Below are positions 18,798-28,251 of a stretch of 64,000 bases of DNA, in pieces (positions within the stretch are counted from its first letter, which is position 1; each line of letters begins with the position of its first letter). The position numbers were made by a program, and so were the translations under genes. This DNA comes from an uncultured Prevotella sp. (GTDB taxonomy: Bacteria > Bacteroidota > Bacteroidia > Bacteroidales > Bacteroidaceae), in assembly GCA_900315835.1 (NCBI GenBank), contig ONAR01000028.1, positions 27,289 to 91,288 of the forward strand. Direction: 5' to 3'. The notes below the pieces were generated by a model. It saw nothing but the letters and a program-made list of their open reading frames with translations, searched no databases and was not told the DNA's origin.

Positions 18798-20489
18798 ATG
18801 GACTGGTTAATCAATCTTTTTACGACCCAAGACACCGTGGCACACATCGTGCTGCTCTATGGCATCGTCATTGCCTGCGGTGTTTTGTTGGGTAAACTAA
18901 AATTCGGCGGCATCTCCTTAGGTGTCACCTTCGTGCTGTTCTGCGGCATTGTGGCCGGGCACTTCAACTTCACGGCGCCCACCCCAATCCTTAACTTCAT
19001 GCAGGACTTTGGGCTTATACTCTTCGTCTTCTGCATCGGCTTGCAGGTGGGTCCTGGCTTCTTCGAAAGCTTTAAGAAGGGTGGCATTGCCCTCAACGGT
19101 CTTGCAGCTTTCACCATTCTGCTCAACATCCTGGTGATGTTCGGCTGCTACTATTTGTTCTTCGACACCTCCGACCCCACCAACCTGCCAATGATGATAG
19201 GTACGCTCTTCGGCGCTGTGACCAACACGCCGGGTCTTGGTGCCGCCAATGAGGCCCTCAACTCCATCTTCCCAGCAGGTAAGGTGCCGCAGATTGCCAA
19301 CGGCTATGCCTGCGCCTACCCCCTCGGCGTGCTGGGTATCATCGGTGCCACCATCCTCATCCGCTTCATCACGAAGACCAAACTCGATGAGGAGGAGCGG
19401 AAGCTCGATCAGGAAGAGGCTGCCAATCCTCACGCCAAGCCAAAGACGATGACCCTGAAGGTGGGCAACGCCTATCTGGCCGGTCGCACGATGATGGAGG
19501 TGAGCGAGTTCCTCAACCGCGACATCGTATGCACCCGCATCATGCACGACGGCAAGATTACCATCCCCAACCGCGACACGAAGCTCGAGATGGGCGACGC
19601 CGTCTACGTGGTTTGCGCCGAGGCCGACGCCGAAGCTGTGAAAGCTTTCATCGGTCCTGAGACCCAAGTGGAATGGGATACCACCGACGACCAACCGATG
19701 GTTTCGAAGCGTATCATCGTCACCAACCCGAAGATGAACGGTAAAACGCTCGGCAAGATGCATTTCTCCAGCGTTTATGGCGTCAACATCACACGAATCA
19801 GCCGTCAGGACATGGACCTCTTCGCCAGCCGCAACCACCACTTCCATGTGGGCGACCGCGTGATGGTCGTAGGCCGCGAGGACAACGTCAACCGCGTTGC
19901 CGACATTCTCGGTAACTCTGCACGCCGCCTCAACGTGCCCAATATCGCCACCATCTTCATCGGTATCATCATCGGTATCCTGTTCGGTAGCATACCCTTC
20001 GCCATCCCCGGCATGCCGGCTCCGTTGAAACTCGGTCTGGCCGGTGGCCCGCTTATCGTGGCCATTCTTATCGGCCGCTTCGGCTACCGCATCAAGCTCG
20101 TCACCTATACCACCACATCAGCCAACATGATGCTGCGCGAGATGGGGCTGGTATTCTTCCTCGCGAGCGTCGGCATCAAGGCCGGTGCAGGATTCGTCAG
20201 CACCGTGGTCCAGGGCGACGGACTGCTCTATGTGGGCACAGGTTTCCTCATCACCGTCATCCCCATCCTCATCGTCGGCACCATCGCACGACTGAAGTTC
20301 AAGTTCAACTACTTCACCATCATGGGTATGATTGCCGGTACCTACACCGACCCACCAGCCTTGGCCTACGCCAATGCCAGCTGCTCCAAGGAAGCTCCAG
20401 CCATCGGCTACTCCACGGTTTACCCGCTGAGCATGTTCCTCCGCATCTTCACCGCGCAGATCTGCGTACTCTTCTTCTGCGCGGCGTAG
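18798..20489 (+). CDS. YidE/YbjL-type putative transporter (AspT/AAE duplication with two TrkA-C/RCK_C domains)
   Basis: 563 aa. Two polytopic halves separated by a soluble region of about 170 aa ([20 protein letters not shown]..., ...[19 protein letters not shown]) typical of RCK_C pairs. Confidence 0.85.
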   Translation: MDWLINLFTTQDTVAHIVLLYGIVIACGVLLGKLKFGGISLGVTFVLFCGIVAGHFNFTAPTPILNFMQDFGLILFVFCIGLQVGPGFFESFKKGGIALNGLAAFTILLNILVMFGCYYLFFDTSDPTNLPMMIGTLFGAVTNTPGLGAANEALNSIFPAGKVPQIANGYACAYPLGVLGIIGATILIRFITKTKLDEEERKLDQEEAANPHAKPKTMTLKVGNAYLAGRTMMEVSEFLNRDIVCTRIMHDGKITIPNRDTKLEMGDAVYVVCAEADAEAVKAFIGPETQVEWDTTDDQPMVSKRIIVTNPKMNGKTLGKMHFSSVYGVNITRISRQDMDLFASRNHHFHVGDRVMVVGREDNVNRVADILGNSARRLNVPNIATIFIGIIIGILFGSIPFAIPGMPAPLKLGLAGGPLIVAILIGRFGYRIKLVTYTTTSANMMLREMGLVFFLASVGIKAGAGFVSTVVQGDGLLYVGTGFLITVIPILIVGTIARLKFKFNYFTIMGMIAGTYTDPPALAYANASCSKEAPAIGYSTVYPLSMFLRIFTAQICVLFFCAA

Positions 20490-20529
20490 CACAAACGGCG
20501 AAATAATATTATAGACTATCATAAAACAG

Positions 20530-20578
20530 AAAGACCGCATTTGCGCAACATCTTGGTGCGACAAATGCGGTCTTTTTC
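20530..20578. terminator. rho-independent terminator (bidirectional)
   Basis: Stem agaccgcatttg (20532-20543) / caaatgcggtct (20562-20573), followed by TTTTT. A T-rich run also lies on the opposite strand. Confidence 0.75.
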
Positions 20579-20596
20579 GTTTACGGATGGGTTGGC

Positions 20597-20698
20597 TTAC
20601 TTCTCAGCGGGCTCCCATTTGCAGCGAACGGGCGAGACAATGGCGCCATCGGCCTTCAATTCCTTCATTGCCTTATCCACCTTTTTGCGGTCGAGGTC
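20597..20698 (-). pseudogene. 3' remnant of a small winged-helix DNA-binding protein gene
   Basis: Minus-strand frame reads ...[33 protein letters not shown]. This resembles the C-terminus of the approx 70-aa wHTH proteins of Bacteroidota/Firmicutes (recalled from memory). There is no start codon, and similarity stops exactly at the repeat-element border (20700). Confidence 0.5.
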
Positions 20699-20699
20699 G

Positions 20700-21130
20700 G
20701 AAAATAGCGGACAGAATCGTGTATGAGTTTTCTGTTGTTCCAGCGCTGGAACCACGCCGAAAATTAGATGGCGCAACGTAAAAAGGGCCCCGAAGACACC
20801 CTAATTGCCTTGCCGCATTGCGACAACTATGGTTCCGCATCGCGATAGCTATAGTATCGCACTGCGATAGCTATGGTATCGCAACGCGATAACTATGGTA
20901 TCCCACCACGATAGCTATGCTATCGCGACTCGATAACTATGCTATCGCGATGCGTTAGATAGCCTATCCAACCGCCATTCAAGTAATAATCTTCGTAGTT
21001 TGCTGATCAATAGCGACTTATGGAAACGAGCTTAAAACCGCCTATTTTTGCGTTTTTCGGAGCCAAGTAGGTCTTTGTTCATTTCAAGGCCCTTCTCAGG
21101 GGCCTAAAAACACCAAAGTTTTTGACAAAA
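20700..21130 (+). repeat. structured non-coding repeat element, copy E1 (116-bp arm A + 7 x 22-bp array + approx 160-bp arm B)
   Basis: Aligns end to end with the reverse complement of 50337-50734. Shared landmarks are gaaaatagcggaca..gttgttccagcg..gccttgccgc, the 22-bp array, gctg.t.a.t.atagcgactt, and taaaaa.caccaa...tttgacaaaa. Confidence 0.85.
20816..20969 (+). repeat. tandem array of seven 22-bp palindrome-containing units
   Basis: Units start at 20816, 20838, 20860, 20882, 20904, 20926 and 20948. Consensus is caNcGCGATAGCTATGGTATCG, and each contains CGATA-N7-TATCG. The outer units are degenerate. Confidence 0.9.
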
Positions 21131-21208
21131 TAAGGTACGCGGACAACAGATGACAATCCGATGACCGGCCATCAAAAACTATGAAACGATGCGAAGATTG
21201 CTGTACGT

Positions 21209-22012
21209 CTACTTGTTGACTTTCATCGACATCCTACCCGAATAAGATACGGTGATCTCTACGAGATAGCTGCTCTGGCCGTCATCAGGAATGACAAGCG
21301 ACGCCTGATAATGAATGCCATCGGCATCGCATCTGATGAAAGTGAGGTCACTCAGAATGCTCTGCTGCAGGAAATCGCGCGGCACCACCCTCGAAAACTG
21401 CTGCTTACGGAAGTCGCCGGAGAACAATTTCTCGGCACCATGATAAACGTTAAGGTTAATGATATTGTCGTAATACACATTGTCAACCTCAACGCCATCG
21501 TCGTTGTAGGAGGCCTTTATCACTTTATAGGTAGTCGGATTGACCTGCACGTAGCAGTGATACCGCTCACTGTTGTACATCACCACGGTATCACGCTTGA
21601 TGAGCTGTCCCTGATTGAGCGCCGTTGGACGCTTCGAAGAGAAGAACGTGGCGTCATCGGGGTCGGTGCTTTTCACCAGTTTCACCTCATCGCCATTCTG
21701 ATTGCGGAAAATGAAAAGATTGGCCGTCTGTCTGAGGATGGGATACTTCACCACATTGGCTCCATGCAGCAACAACGTATCGCCAATAATCTGGAAATAC
21801 ACCGGCTGTGACGTGGAGTCAGGATAGAAGATGGTGTCGCCCTGGGCCTTGAAGGCGACATCCTGCTCGTCCTCATCCACCCAGATACCTTGCAGCATCC
21901 GCTTTGCCTGATAATCCTCCTCGACAGCAGCCTGCCGGTCTGACTTCTTGCGACAACCTCCAAGGCCTGCAACCAGCAGCAACAGCAGAAGGAAAAATAC
22001 AGTTCTTTTCAT
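21209..22012 (-). CDS. hypothetical lipoprotein
   Basis: MKRTVFFLLLLLLVAGLGGC lipobox. The track ORF begins at a GTG two codons upstream (22018). No domain recognised. Confidence 0.7.
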   Translation of the reverse strand: MKRTVFFLLLLLLVAGLGGCRKKSDRQAAVEEDYQAKRMLQGIWVDEDEQDVAFKAQGDTIFYPDSTSQPVYFQIIGDTLLLHGANVVKYPILRQTANLFIFRNQNGDEVKLVKSTDPDDATFFSSKRPTALNQGQLIKRDTVVMYNSERYHCYVQVNPTTYKVIKASYNDDGVEVDNVYYDNIINLNVYHGAEKLFSGDFRKQQFSRVVPRDFLQQSILSDLTFIRCDADGIHYQASLVIPDDGQSSYLVEITVSYSGRMSMKVNK

Positions 22013-22118
22013 TGCCACAAAGATAGCAAACTATTTTCTGAGTGCCAAATGCTCGGGACATTATTTTTTATTTTCCGAAAAATAGCTGCAATTTGTTTGA
22101 GGTTTCAGTTTGTTTTCT

Positions 22119-22126
22119 TAATTTTG
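22119..22126 (+). promoter_or_regulatory. -7 promoter box (TAATTTTG)
   Basis: Lies inside the 5' extension of track ORF 22042..23229 and 6 nt before the GTG at 22132. This argues for the shorter gene model. Confidence 0.45.
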
Positions 22127-22131
22127 CAAGA

Positions 22132-23229
22132 GTGATAGCATTGGATCGACATATCGAGATATTGCTCTTAAGCAATGACTGCGTCATTGTGCCGGGTTTT
22201 GGTGGGTTTATAGCCCACCATATTGATGCGCGCAAAGACGAGAGCGACGGGAGTTTCCTGCCGCCCATCAGGACTATTGCGTTTAATCCAAAGCTCACCA
22301 TCAACGACTCGCTGTTGGCACAGTCGTATGTAGAGGCCTACGACATCAGCTATCCTGAGGCCACGATGCGCATTGAGGATGAGGTGCGCGAACTGCGCCA
22401 GCACATCGAGACCGAAGGCAGCTACACCTTCAACGGCATCGGTACCATCTCGCTCAACGACGATGGCAACTATGAGTTTTCACCTTGTGAAGCCGGCATC
22501 CTCACGCCTGAACTCTATGGACTGGGTAGCTTCAAGGCCGCTACGCTGCAGGAAATAAGAGCCGCCCTACTGGCTCAGCAAAAGCCGGAACAGACTGCCG
22601 CAATAACGACAAACGTCAATACAACCGCAACGGTCACTGACAACACCACGACCGACGATGCCGAGGAAACCGATAGCCAAACGGGGTCCAGTTCCCGATT
22701 CATAGCGCTTTGGCGCAATCTGGCCGTAGCTTGTGTGGCCATCATTGCCTTCCTACTCTTTCCTTCACCGTTAGTCAACAATACGCAACTGCAGGAAAGC
22801 AGCATCGACACCCGTCTGCTCGACCGCATCATGCCCAAAGATATCACCACGGGACAAGAGAAAGTGCTTGCCAGTATGCGCGAGAATAGCGCATTGGTCA
22901 ATAATAGATCGGCTAAGGAAGCCAACGCGGAGGCTGCTGCATTGAACGGCAAACCGTCGGCCAATCAGCAGGAAAATACGACCGCTGATCAGCAGGCCGA
23001 AAGCGGCTATGCCATCGTCTTGGCCAGCCGTGTGACCAAGACCAATGCCAAGGCTTATGTGGAAACGCTGCACCGCAAGGGCTACGATGAGGCGTATGTG
23101 TTTACGAAAGGACGCCGCAACAAAGTGCTTTACGGCCACTACGCCGATGAAAGCGAGGCCCGCAAAGTACTCAACCGTCTCAACAACCATGACGAGTTTG
23201 CCGAGGCGTGGATTACTTTCGTTAAATAA
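22132..23229 (+). CDS. HU-like (HU-CCDC81-type) N-terminal domain / SPOR C-terminal domain protein
   Basis: LDRHIEILLLSNDCVIVPGFGGFIAHH matches the N-terminus of Bacteroidota HU-domain/SPOR proteins, which normally start about here. There is one TM segment. The C-terminal YAIVLASRVTKTNAKAYVETLHRKGYDEAYVF...YGHYADESEARKVLNRL is SPOR-like. The start is uncertain: GTG at 22132 versus the longest ORF at 22042. Confidence 0.75.
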   Translation: MIALDRHIEILLLSNDCVIVPGFGGFIAHHIDARKDESDGSFLPPIRTIAFNPKLTINDSLLAQSYVEAYDISYPEATMRIEDEVRELRQHIETEGSYTFNGIGTISLNDDGNYEFSPCEAGILTPELYGLGSFKAATLQEIRAALLAQQKPEQTAAITTNVNTTATVTDNTTTDDAEETDSQTGSSSRFIALWRNLAVACVAIIAFLLFPSPLVNNTQLQESSIDTRLLDRIMPKDITTGQEKVLASMRENSALVNNRSAKEANAEAAALNGKPSANQQENTTADQQAESGYAIVLASRVTKTNAKAYVETLHRKGYDEAYVFTKGRRNKVLYGHYADESEARKVLNRLNNHDEFAEAWITFVK

Positions 23230-23241
23230 AATCACCAGCTT

Positions 23242-23769
23242 ATGAAACGCGTTCGCTGCCCAAAGTGCGACTCGTTCATCACCTTTGATGAGCGTAACTA
23301 TCAGGACGGTTCCTCCCTTATCTTTCAATGCCCCTATTGCGGCAAGCAGTTCGGCATCCGCATCGGTAAGTCCAAGCTCCATCCGAAGCAAGACGACGAA
23401 CGGCCCGAAGAGGAGGCTGCCCAGCAGAGTGAGGGCTGCGGAGAGATTGTTGTCATCGAGAACAACTATTGCTACAAGCAGGTCTTCCCCCTTCACATGG
23501 GCGACAACACCATCGGCCGATACATGAAGGGCAACAACGTAAACATTGCCATCGAGACCGGTGACCTGACGATGGATCTGCTGCACTGCGTCATCAATGT
23601 GAGCCGGAACAAGCGCGGCCAACTGAAATTTGTCTTACGCGACGGTCCCTCAAACCACGGCACCTTCCTCAACGGCGAGCGTATCGATGCCCGCGAGCGC
23701 CGTAACATCGAAGACGGAGCGGTGTTCAATATCGGCGTTACCAGCATCATCTTAAAAACCGAAGCGTAA
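23242..23769 (+). CDS. zinc-ribbon + FHA domain protein
   Basis: N-terminal CPKC...CPYC ribbon. C-terminal FHA signature (GDNTIGR...HCVINV...LRDGPSNHGTFLNGERI...GAVFNIG). Confidence 0.8.
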   Translation: MKRVRCPKCDSFITFDERNYQDGSSLIFQCPYCGKQFGIRIGKSKLHPKQDDERPEEEAAQQSEGCGEIVVIENNYCYKQVFPLHMGDNTIGRYMKGNNVNIAIETGDLTMDLLHCVINVSRNKRGQLKFVLRDGPSNHGTFLNGERIDARERRNIEDGAVFNIGVTSIILKTEA

Positions 23770-23840
23770 ATCCGCCTTACGACAACATCCCTACCTCCAT
23801 TGGTTACGCGTCTTCCGGCAACGCGCAAACAAAAACCACA

Positions 23841-23879
23841 AAGCCCCGGCTGAATGCTATCTGCAATCAGCCGGGGCTT
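23841..23879. terminator. bidirectional rho-independent terminator
   Basis: 13-bp stem aagccccggctga / tcagccggggctt between the convergent FHA gene and ilvC. Confidence 0.7.
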
Positions 23880-23903
23880 ATCTTGTTGTCTAAACTATTC
23901 TAA

Positions 23904-24947
23904 TTAATTGTTCTCAGGACGCAGCTTGCGGACGGTCTCGCCGGCGCGCCACATCTCCATGTCGTGCATCTCCTGCAGCTCCTTGTTGAGCTTCTCACGG
24001 TAATCAGGCTCCGAGTTGCGGTCGATAGAGATCTGAGCCTCGTTGCCCGACTCCACTGAGCTGTACAGCCACTCCATCACAGGCAGGTTGGCAGCCTTGA
24101 AGCGAGGACGCCAGTCGAGTGCACCACGCTGAGCCGTAGTAGAGCAGTTGGCATACATCCAATCCATACCCTTCTCACCGAACAGCGGGCAGAGGCTCTG
24201 CGTGAACTCCTCAACGGTCTCGTTGAAAGCCTCCGAAGGAGAGTGTCCATGCTCGCGAAGCACCTGATACTGAGCCTCGAACAGACCTTCGATAGCGCCC
24301 ATCAATGCACCGCGCTCACCGGTAAGGTCAGAGGTAGCCTCCTTGTTGAAGGTGGTCTCGAACAGGTAACCGGAACCGATACCTACGCCCATAGCCAGCG
24401 TCTTCTCCTTGGCCTTACCAGAAGCATCCTGATAAACAGCATAGGAAGAGTTGATGCCGCGGCCCTCGAGGAACAGTGTACGCAGTGAGGTACCAGAGCC
24501 CTTAGGAGCCACCATGATTACATCGATATCCTTGGGAGGTACCACACCGGTGCGGTCCTGCCAGTTGATGGCGAAGCCATGGCTGTAGTACAGCGTCTTG
24601 CCGGCAGTCAGGAACGGCTTGATCTTCGGCCACTGTGCAATCTGACCTGCATCAGACAGCAGCATGGCGATGATGGTACCCTTCTCGGCAGCTTCCTCAA
24701 TGGAGAACAGCGTCTTGCCAGGAACCCAACCGTCAGCAACAGCCTTGTCGTAAGAACGACCCTTACGCTGACCTACAATTACATTAAAACCGTTATCGCG
24801 AAGATTGCCAGCCTGGCCAGGTCCCTGAATACCATAACCGATAACAGCAATCGTCTCATTCTTCAGAACCTCACGTGCTTTCTCTAATGTAAACTCATCT
24901 TTTGTGACGATGTTCTCTTCAACGCCACCAAAATTCATTTTTGCCAT
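23904..24947 (-). CDS. ilvC: ketol-acid reductoisomerase
   Basis: 347 aa. GYGIQGPGQAGNLRDNG Rossmann motif. Class I KARI. Confidence 0.95.
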   Translation of the reverse strand: MAKMNFGGVEENIVTKDEFTLEKAREVLKNETIAVIGYGIQGPGQAGNLRDNGFNVIVGQRKGRSYDKAVADGWVPGKTLFSIEEAAEKGTIIAMLLSDAGQIAQWPKIKPFLTAGKTLYYSHGFAINWQDRTGVVPPKDIDVIMVAPKGSGTSLRTLFLEGRGINSSYAVYQDASGKAKEKTLAMGVGIGSGYLFETTFNKEATSDLTGERGALMGAIEGLFEAQYQVLREHGHSPSEAFNETVEEFTQSLCPLFGEKGMDWMYANCSTTAQRGALDWRPRFKAANLPVMEWLYSSVESGNEAQISIDRNSEPDYREKLNKELQEMHDMEMWRAGETVRKLRPENN

Positions 24948-25008
24948 AACTAAATGATTTAATTAGAACTATATGTTATCTATTTCTTTCTCTTATCTAA
25001 TGACGGTG

Positions 25009-25016
25009 CAAAGGTA
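25009..25016 (-). promoter_or_regulatory. -7 promoter box (TACCTTTG) ahead of ilvC
   Basis: caaaggta on the + strand in the 100-nt gap between the thioesterase gene and ilvC. Confidence 0.45.
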
Positions 25017-25047
25017 ATGAATTATAAGGAAACAGCAAAGAATACTT

Positions 25048-25818
25048 CTAATCTTTTACAAATTTAACACTACACCTTACAACCGTTTCGTTTTTCTCTC
25101 CACGTCGAACAAGCTTCACCGCATACGCGTCCTCACCCGTCTGCTGTTTGTAGAACGCCAGCTCATCGCCCTCGTGAGACTCTGCAACATAAGCTATCTC
25201 AAGCCGTTGCAGCCGATGGGTGCGGTAATATTCCACATCGAAAAGGTCGAGGACATGCTCAATATACTTCACTGAGTTGACGTGACCATTGATATCAATG
25301 TCGCTGTAGCGGGCAACAAACGAACTGTCAAAAGGTGCATCGGCCGACACCACTACCCTACCCGGATTGGCGATAGGGCATGGTTTCGATGCTTCGACAT
25401 ACTGCATAATCAGTCCGTCGTGTACTGACAGCAGGTCGGTAGGCTGTCGTGTGTCGGTGTCAATCATAGCCCATACGCTTCTCCCATAACCGTAAACGTG
25501 GCCGGTATCGGCGTTCTTCACTGCAAAATTTCGGCTGGTGAAGAACTTCATGGCAGCCTCCACCCACGTCTCGATGATGAGATGGTCGTAGGAAACCGGC
25601 GTTTCCTGCAGTTCGATGGCAAAACGCGACAGCACCCATGTCTTGTGTATCTTGTTGAGTTCGCTCACGCCATAGCCACGTTCACTGCTGTGATAATCAG
25701 CGGCATTAAGCATGGCATTGCCTAAATGACCCCAGAAGATATGATCGCTGAAGTCACAATGAAACGGCTCAACTAAGAACCGGTAGGCACCTACCTTGGG
25801 GAATTTCAAGTCTGACAT
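25048..25818 (-). CDS. acyl-ACP thioesterase family protein
   Basis: Double hot-dog architecture (two halves, ...INGHVNSVKYIEH...). This is the conserved position inside Bacteroides/Prevotella ilv operons. Confidence 0.8.
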   Translation of the reverse strand: MSDLKFPKVGAYRFLVEPFHCDFSDHIFWGHLGNAMLNAADYHSSERGYGVSELNKIHKTWVLSRFAIELQETPVSYDHLIIETWVEAAMKFFTSRNFAVKNADTGHVYGYGRSVWAMIDTDTRQPTDLLSVHDGLIMQYVEASKPCPIANPGRVVVSADAPFDSSFVARYSDIDINGHVNSVKYIEHVLDLFDVEYYRTHRLQRLEIAYVAESHEGDELAFYKQQTGEDAYAVKLVRRGEKNETVVRCSVKFVKD

Positions 25819-25860
25819 AGTAAGGACGAAGTCGATGAAGATACAAATTGCGCAAGAGTC

Positions 25861-26391
25861 TTATTTCTCCCGCTGCTCAAGATATTCACTCACCGGCTCC
25901 TCGGTGCTTCTTGTCACGGCAATGCGGCCCGACCGCGTGTACTGCAACAGACAGCCGAAGCTGTTCAATCGAGAATAGAGGTCGGTGATATCGTCGGTAA
26001 GCCCTGTGAGGAGCACCGTGGAATAAGTGGGGTTAACCTCCATCATGCGGGCATCGTGCTTACGGATGGTATGCGACACCTCGGGGTTGTCGAGCAACAC
26101 CGGCGTTGATATCTTATAAAGCGCCACCTCATGAATAAAGAGCTGATCATCAGTATAGTAGTTGGCCTTGATGACATTGAGCTTTTTCTCCAACTGCTTC
26201 TTAATCTTCACAATCTGCTCAGGATTGCTCCAACACGTGATGGTGTATTTGTGAACGCCGTCGATACTCGACGCCGACACATTGAGACTCTCGATGTTAA
26301 CCTGTATGCGCGTAAACACGTTGGTAACCTCGTTAAGGATGCCGGCAACGTTCTCGCTATATACTAATAAGGTGTAAAACTTATCTTCCAT
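25861..26391 (-). CDS. ilvN: acetolactate synthase small (regulatory) subunit
   Basis: ACT-domain N-terminus (YTLLVYSENVAGILNEVTNVFTRIQVNIESLNV), directly downstream of ilvB. Confidence 0.9.
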   Translation of the reverse strand: MEDKFYTLLVYSENVAGILNEVTNVFTRIQVNIESLNVSASSIDGVHKYTITCWSNPEQIVKIKKQLEKKLNVIKANYYTDDQLFIHEVALYKISTPVLLDNPEVSHTIRKHDARMMEVNPTYSTVLLTGLTDDITDLYSRLNSFGCLLQYTRSGRIAVTRSTEEPVSEYLEQREK

Positions 26392-26397
26392 GATTGA

Positions 26398-28194
26398 TTA
26401 AATATCCAAGTGCAACTTCATCTCGTCAATGGCGCTGCCCGGTGTGACCATCGGGGTAACGTTCTCTTCTTCCTTCACCGCACACTCGAGAATATAAGGT
26501 CCGTCGGCAGCCAGCATGTTGGCCACTTTATCCTTCAAATCCTCGCGATTGATGACGACGTCGTAGGCAATGCCGTAACCCTCGGCAATCTTCTGATAGA
26601 AGGGGTTGAGCATGTGGGTGAACGAACGGCGATGGTTGAACATCAGGTCCTGCCACTGGCGTACGTTGCCGAGATAGTTATTGTTGAGCAGGATAATCTT
26701 CAGCGGCGTCTGCTGCTCCATGATAGTACCCAACTCTTCGATACACATCTGGAAGCCTCCGTCGCCGGTGAACAGCACCACCTGCCGCGTCGGTGCGCCA
26801 AAGACAGCGCCGATGGCAGCCGGTAAGCCGAAGCCCATCGTACCGAAGCCGCCACTGCTGACGATGCTGCGGACGTGGCGGAACTTGAAGTAGCGGCACG
26901 AGAACATCTGATTGAGTCCGACGTCGTTGACCATCACCGCATCATCCTTAGAAGCCTCAGCCACGGCATTGATCACCTCGCCCATGAGCAGCGGACCTTC
27001 CGTAGGATGAATGGAGGGATTGATGACCTCGCGGTATTCCTCTTCCTGTAATGGCTTGAATGAACTGATCCACTTGCTGTGGTCAGCCTTATTGAGCAGC
27101 TTGGTGATGGCTGCGAGGCTCTCCTTACAGTCGCCAATCACGGCCACATCGGTCTTCACGTTTTTATCAATCTCAGAGGGATCGATGTCAAGATGAATAA
27201 TCTTAGCTTGCTTGGCGTAGCTGTCGAGCCTACCGGTGACGCGGTCGGAGAAGCGCATGCCGATGGCGATAAGCACGTCGCACTCCTGCTCCTTGATATT
27301 CGGGGCATAGTTGCCGTGCATACCTAACATACCCATATTGAGCGGATGATCCGACGGCAGCGCTGACAAGCCCAACAGCGTGCGGCCAGCGGGAATGTCG
27401 GCCAGTTCAAGGAACGTGCGCAGTTCCTCCTGCGCATTGCCGAGCTCCACGCCGTGACCGACCAATGCGAAGGGCTTCTTGGCATTGTTGATGAGGTCGG
27501 CAGCCTGCTTCACGGCGTTCTCATCAATCTTCGGATAAGGATTGTAAGAGCGCACCTTGTCGGCCTTACCCGGCATCCATACGGCTTTGCCCACCTGCGC
27601 ATTGCGCGGGAAGTCGAGCACCACAGGGCCCGGGCGACCGCTGCGGGCAATATAAAACGCACGGTTGACAGCCCACGCCACATCTTCAGGGCGACGGATC
27701 TGATAGCTCCATTTCGTAATTGGCTGAGCCATATCCACCAAGTCAACCTCCTGGAAAGCATCCGATCCCAGTGACTTGATGCCCACCTGGCCGGCAATAA
27801 CGACGATGGGAACCGAGTCCATCATAGCGTCGGCTACGCCGGTTAACGTATTGGTGGCACCGGGACCAGACGTCACGATGCATACGCCGACCTCGCCACT
27901 AACCCGCGCATAGCCTTCGGCGGCGTGAGCGGCGCCCTGCTCATGGCGCACCAATACATGCTTGAACCATGGCGAGCGCTTATGGGTGTAGGTATAAAGG
28001 GAATCATAAACCGGCATGATGGCTCCGCCGGGATAACCGAAGATAGTGTGTACGTTCTCTTGATAAAGCGCGCGCATGAGTATCTCAGAACCCGAGCACT
28101 CCTCGCCTATCTTCACACCTGCCCATGGCGCCTCAGGCTCAACAACAGTGCGCGAAGCAGCCGGCTGCATGGGTTGATTGCTTTTACTTTCCAT
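26398..28194 (-). CDS. ilvB: acetolactate synthase large subunit (biosynthetic type)
   Basis: ThDP-binding motif GDGGFQM...NN. GYPGGAIMPVYD at the N-terminus. Confidence 0.95.
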   Translation of the reverse strand: MESKSNQPMQPAASRTVVEPEAPWAGVKIGEECSGSEILMRALYQENVHTIFGYPGGAIMPVYDSLYTYTHKRSPWFKHVLVRHEQGAAHAAEGYARVSGEVGVCIVTSGPGATNTLTGVADAMMDSVPIVVIAGQVGIKSLGSDAFQEVDLVDMAQPITKWSYQIRRPEDVAWAVNRAFYIARSGRPGPVVLDFPRNAQVGKAVWMPGKADKVRSYNPYPKIDENAVKQAADLINNAKKPFALVGHGVELGNAQEELRTFLELADIPAGRTLLGLSALPSDHPLNMGMLGMHGNYAPNIKEQECDVLIAIGMRFSDRVTGRLDSYAKQAKIIHLDIDPSEIDKNVKTDVAVIGDCKESLAAITKLLNKADHSKWISSFKPLQEEEYREVINPSIHPTEGPLLMGEVINAVAEASKDDAVMVNDVGLNQMFSCRYFKFRHVRSIVSSGGFGTMGFGLPAAIGAVFGAPTRQVVLFTGDGGFQMCIEELGTIMEQQTPLKIILLNNNYLGNVRQWQDLMFNHRRSFTHMLNPFYQKIAEGYGIAYDVVINREDLKDKVANMLAADGPYILECAVKEEENVTPMVTPGSAIDEMKLHLDI

Positions 28195-28251
28195 TTTCTA
28201 TAGATTCTTACGATTAATACAGGTATTGCCCGAGTCCATCGGGCAATGCCA

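Noticed and set aside
20587-20781. Track ORFs crossing arm A of both elements (20587..20781 + and 50608..50820 -) share KIAD[RK]IV[YF].F.VVPA, which hints at a conserved small protein
   Set aside because: The similarity starts exactly at the element border, with unrelated N-termini. The nucleotide differences are not concentrated at third codon positions. The opposite-strand frames are not conserved either. This is best read as conserved non-coding DNA.
20816-20969. The 22-bp repeat arrays (also 50509-50618) as CRISPR arrays
   Set aside because: The units are directly abutting with no spacers, the period is only 22 bp, and there are no cas genes in the window.
22019-22081. Apparent poly-A frameshift at the 5' end of the SPOR gene region
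   Set aside because: My base-by-base reading here is one base out of register with the supplied translations of ORFs 22042..23229, 22068..22304 and 21873..22061, which imply cacAAAgat and ccgAAAAAt. I trust the track, and this shows that homopolymer counts read by eye can be off by one. The same caution applies to the G7 tract at 35248-35254.
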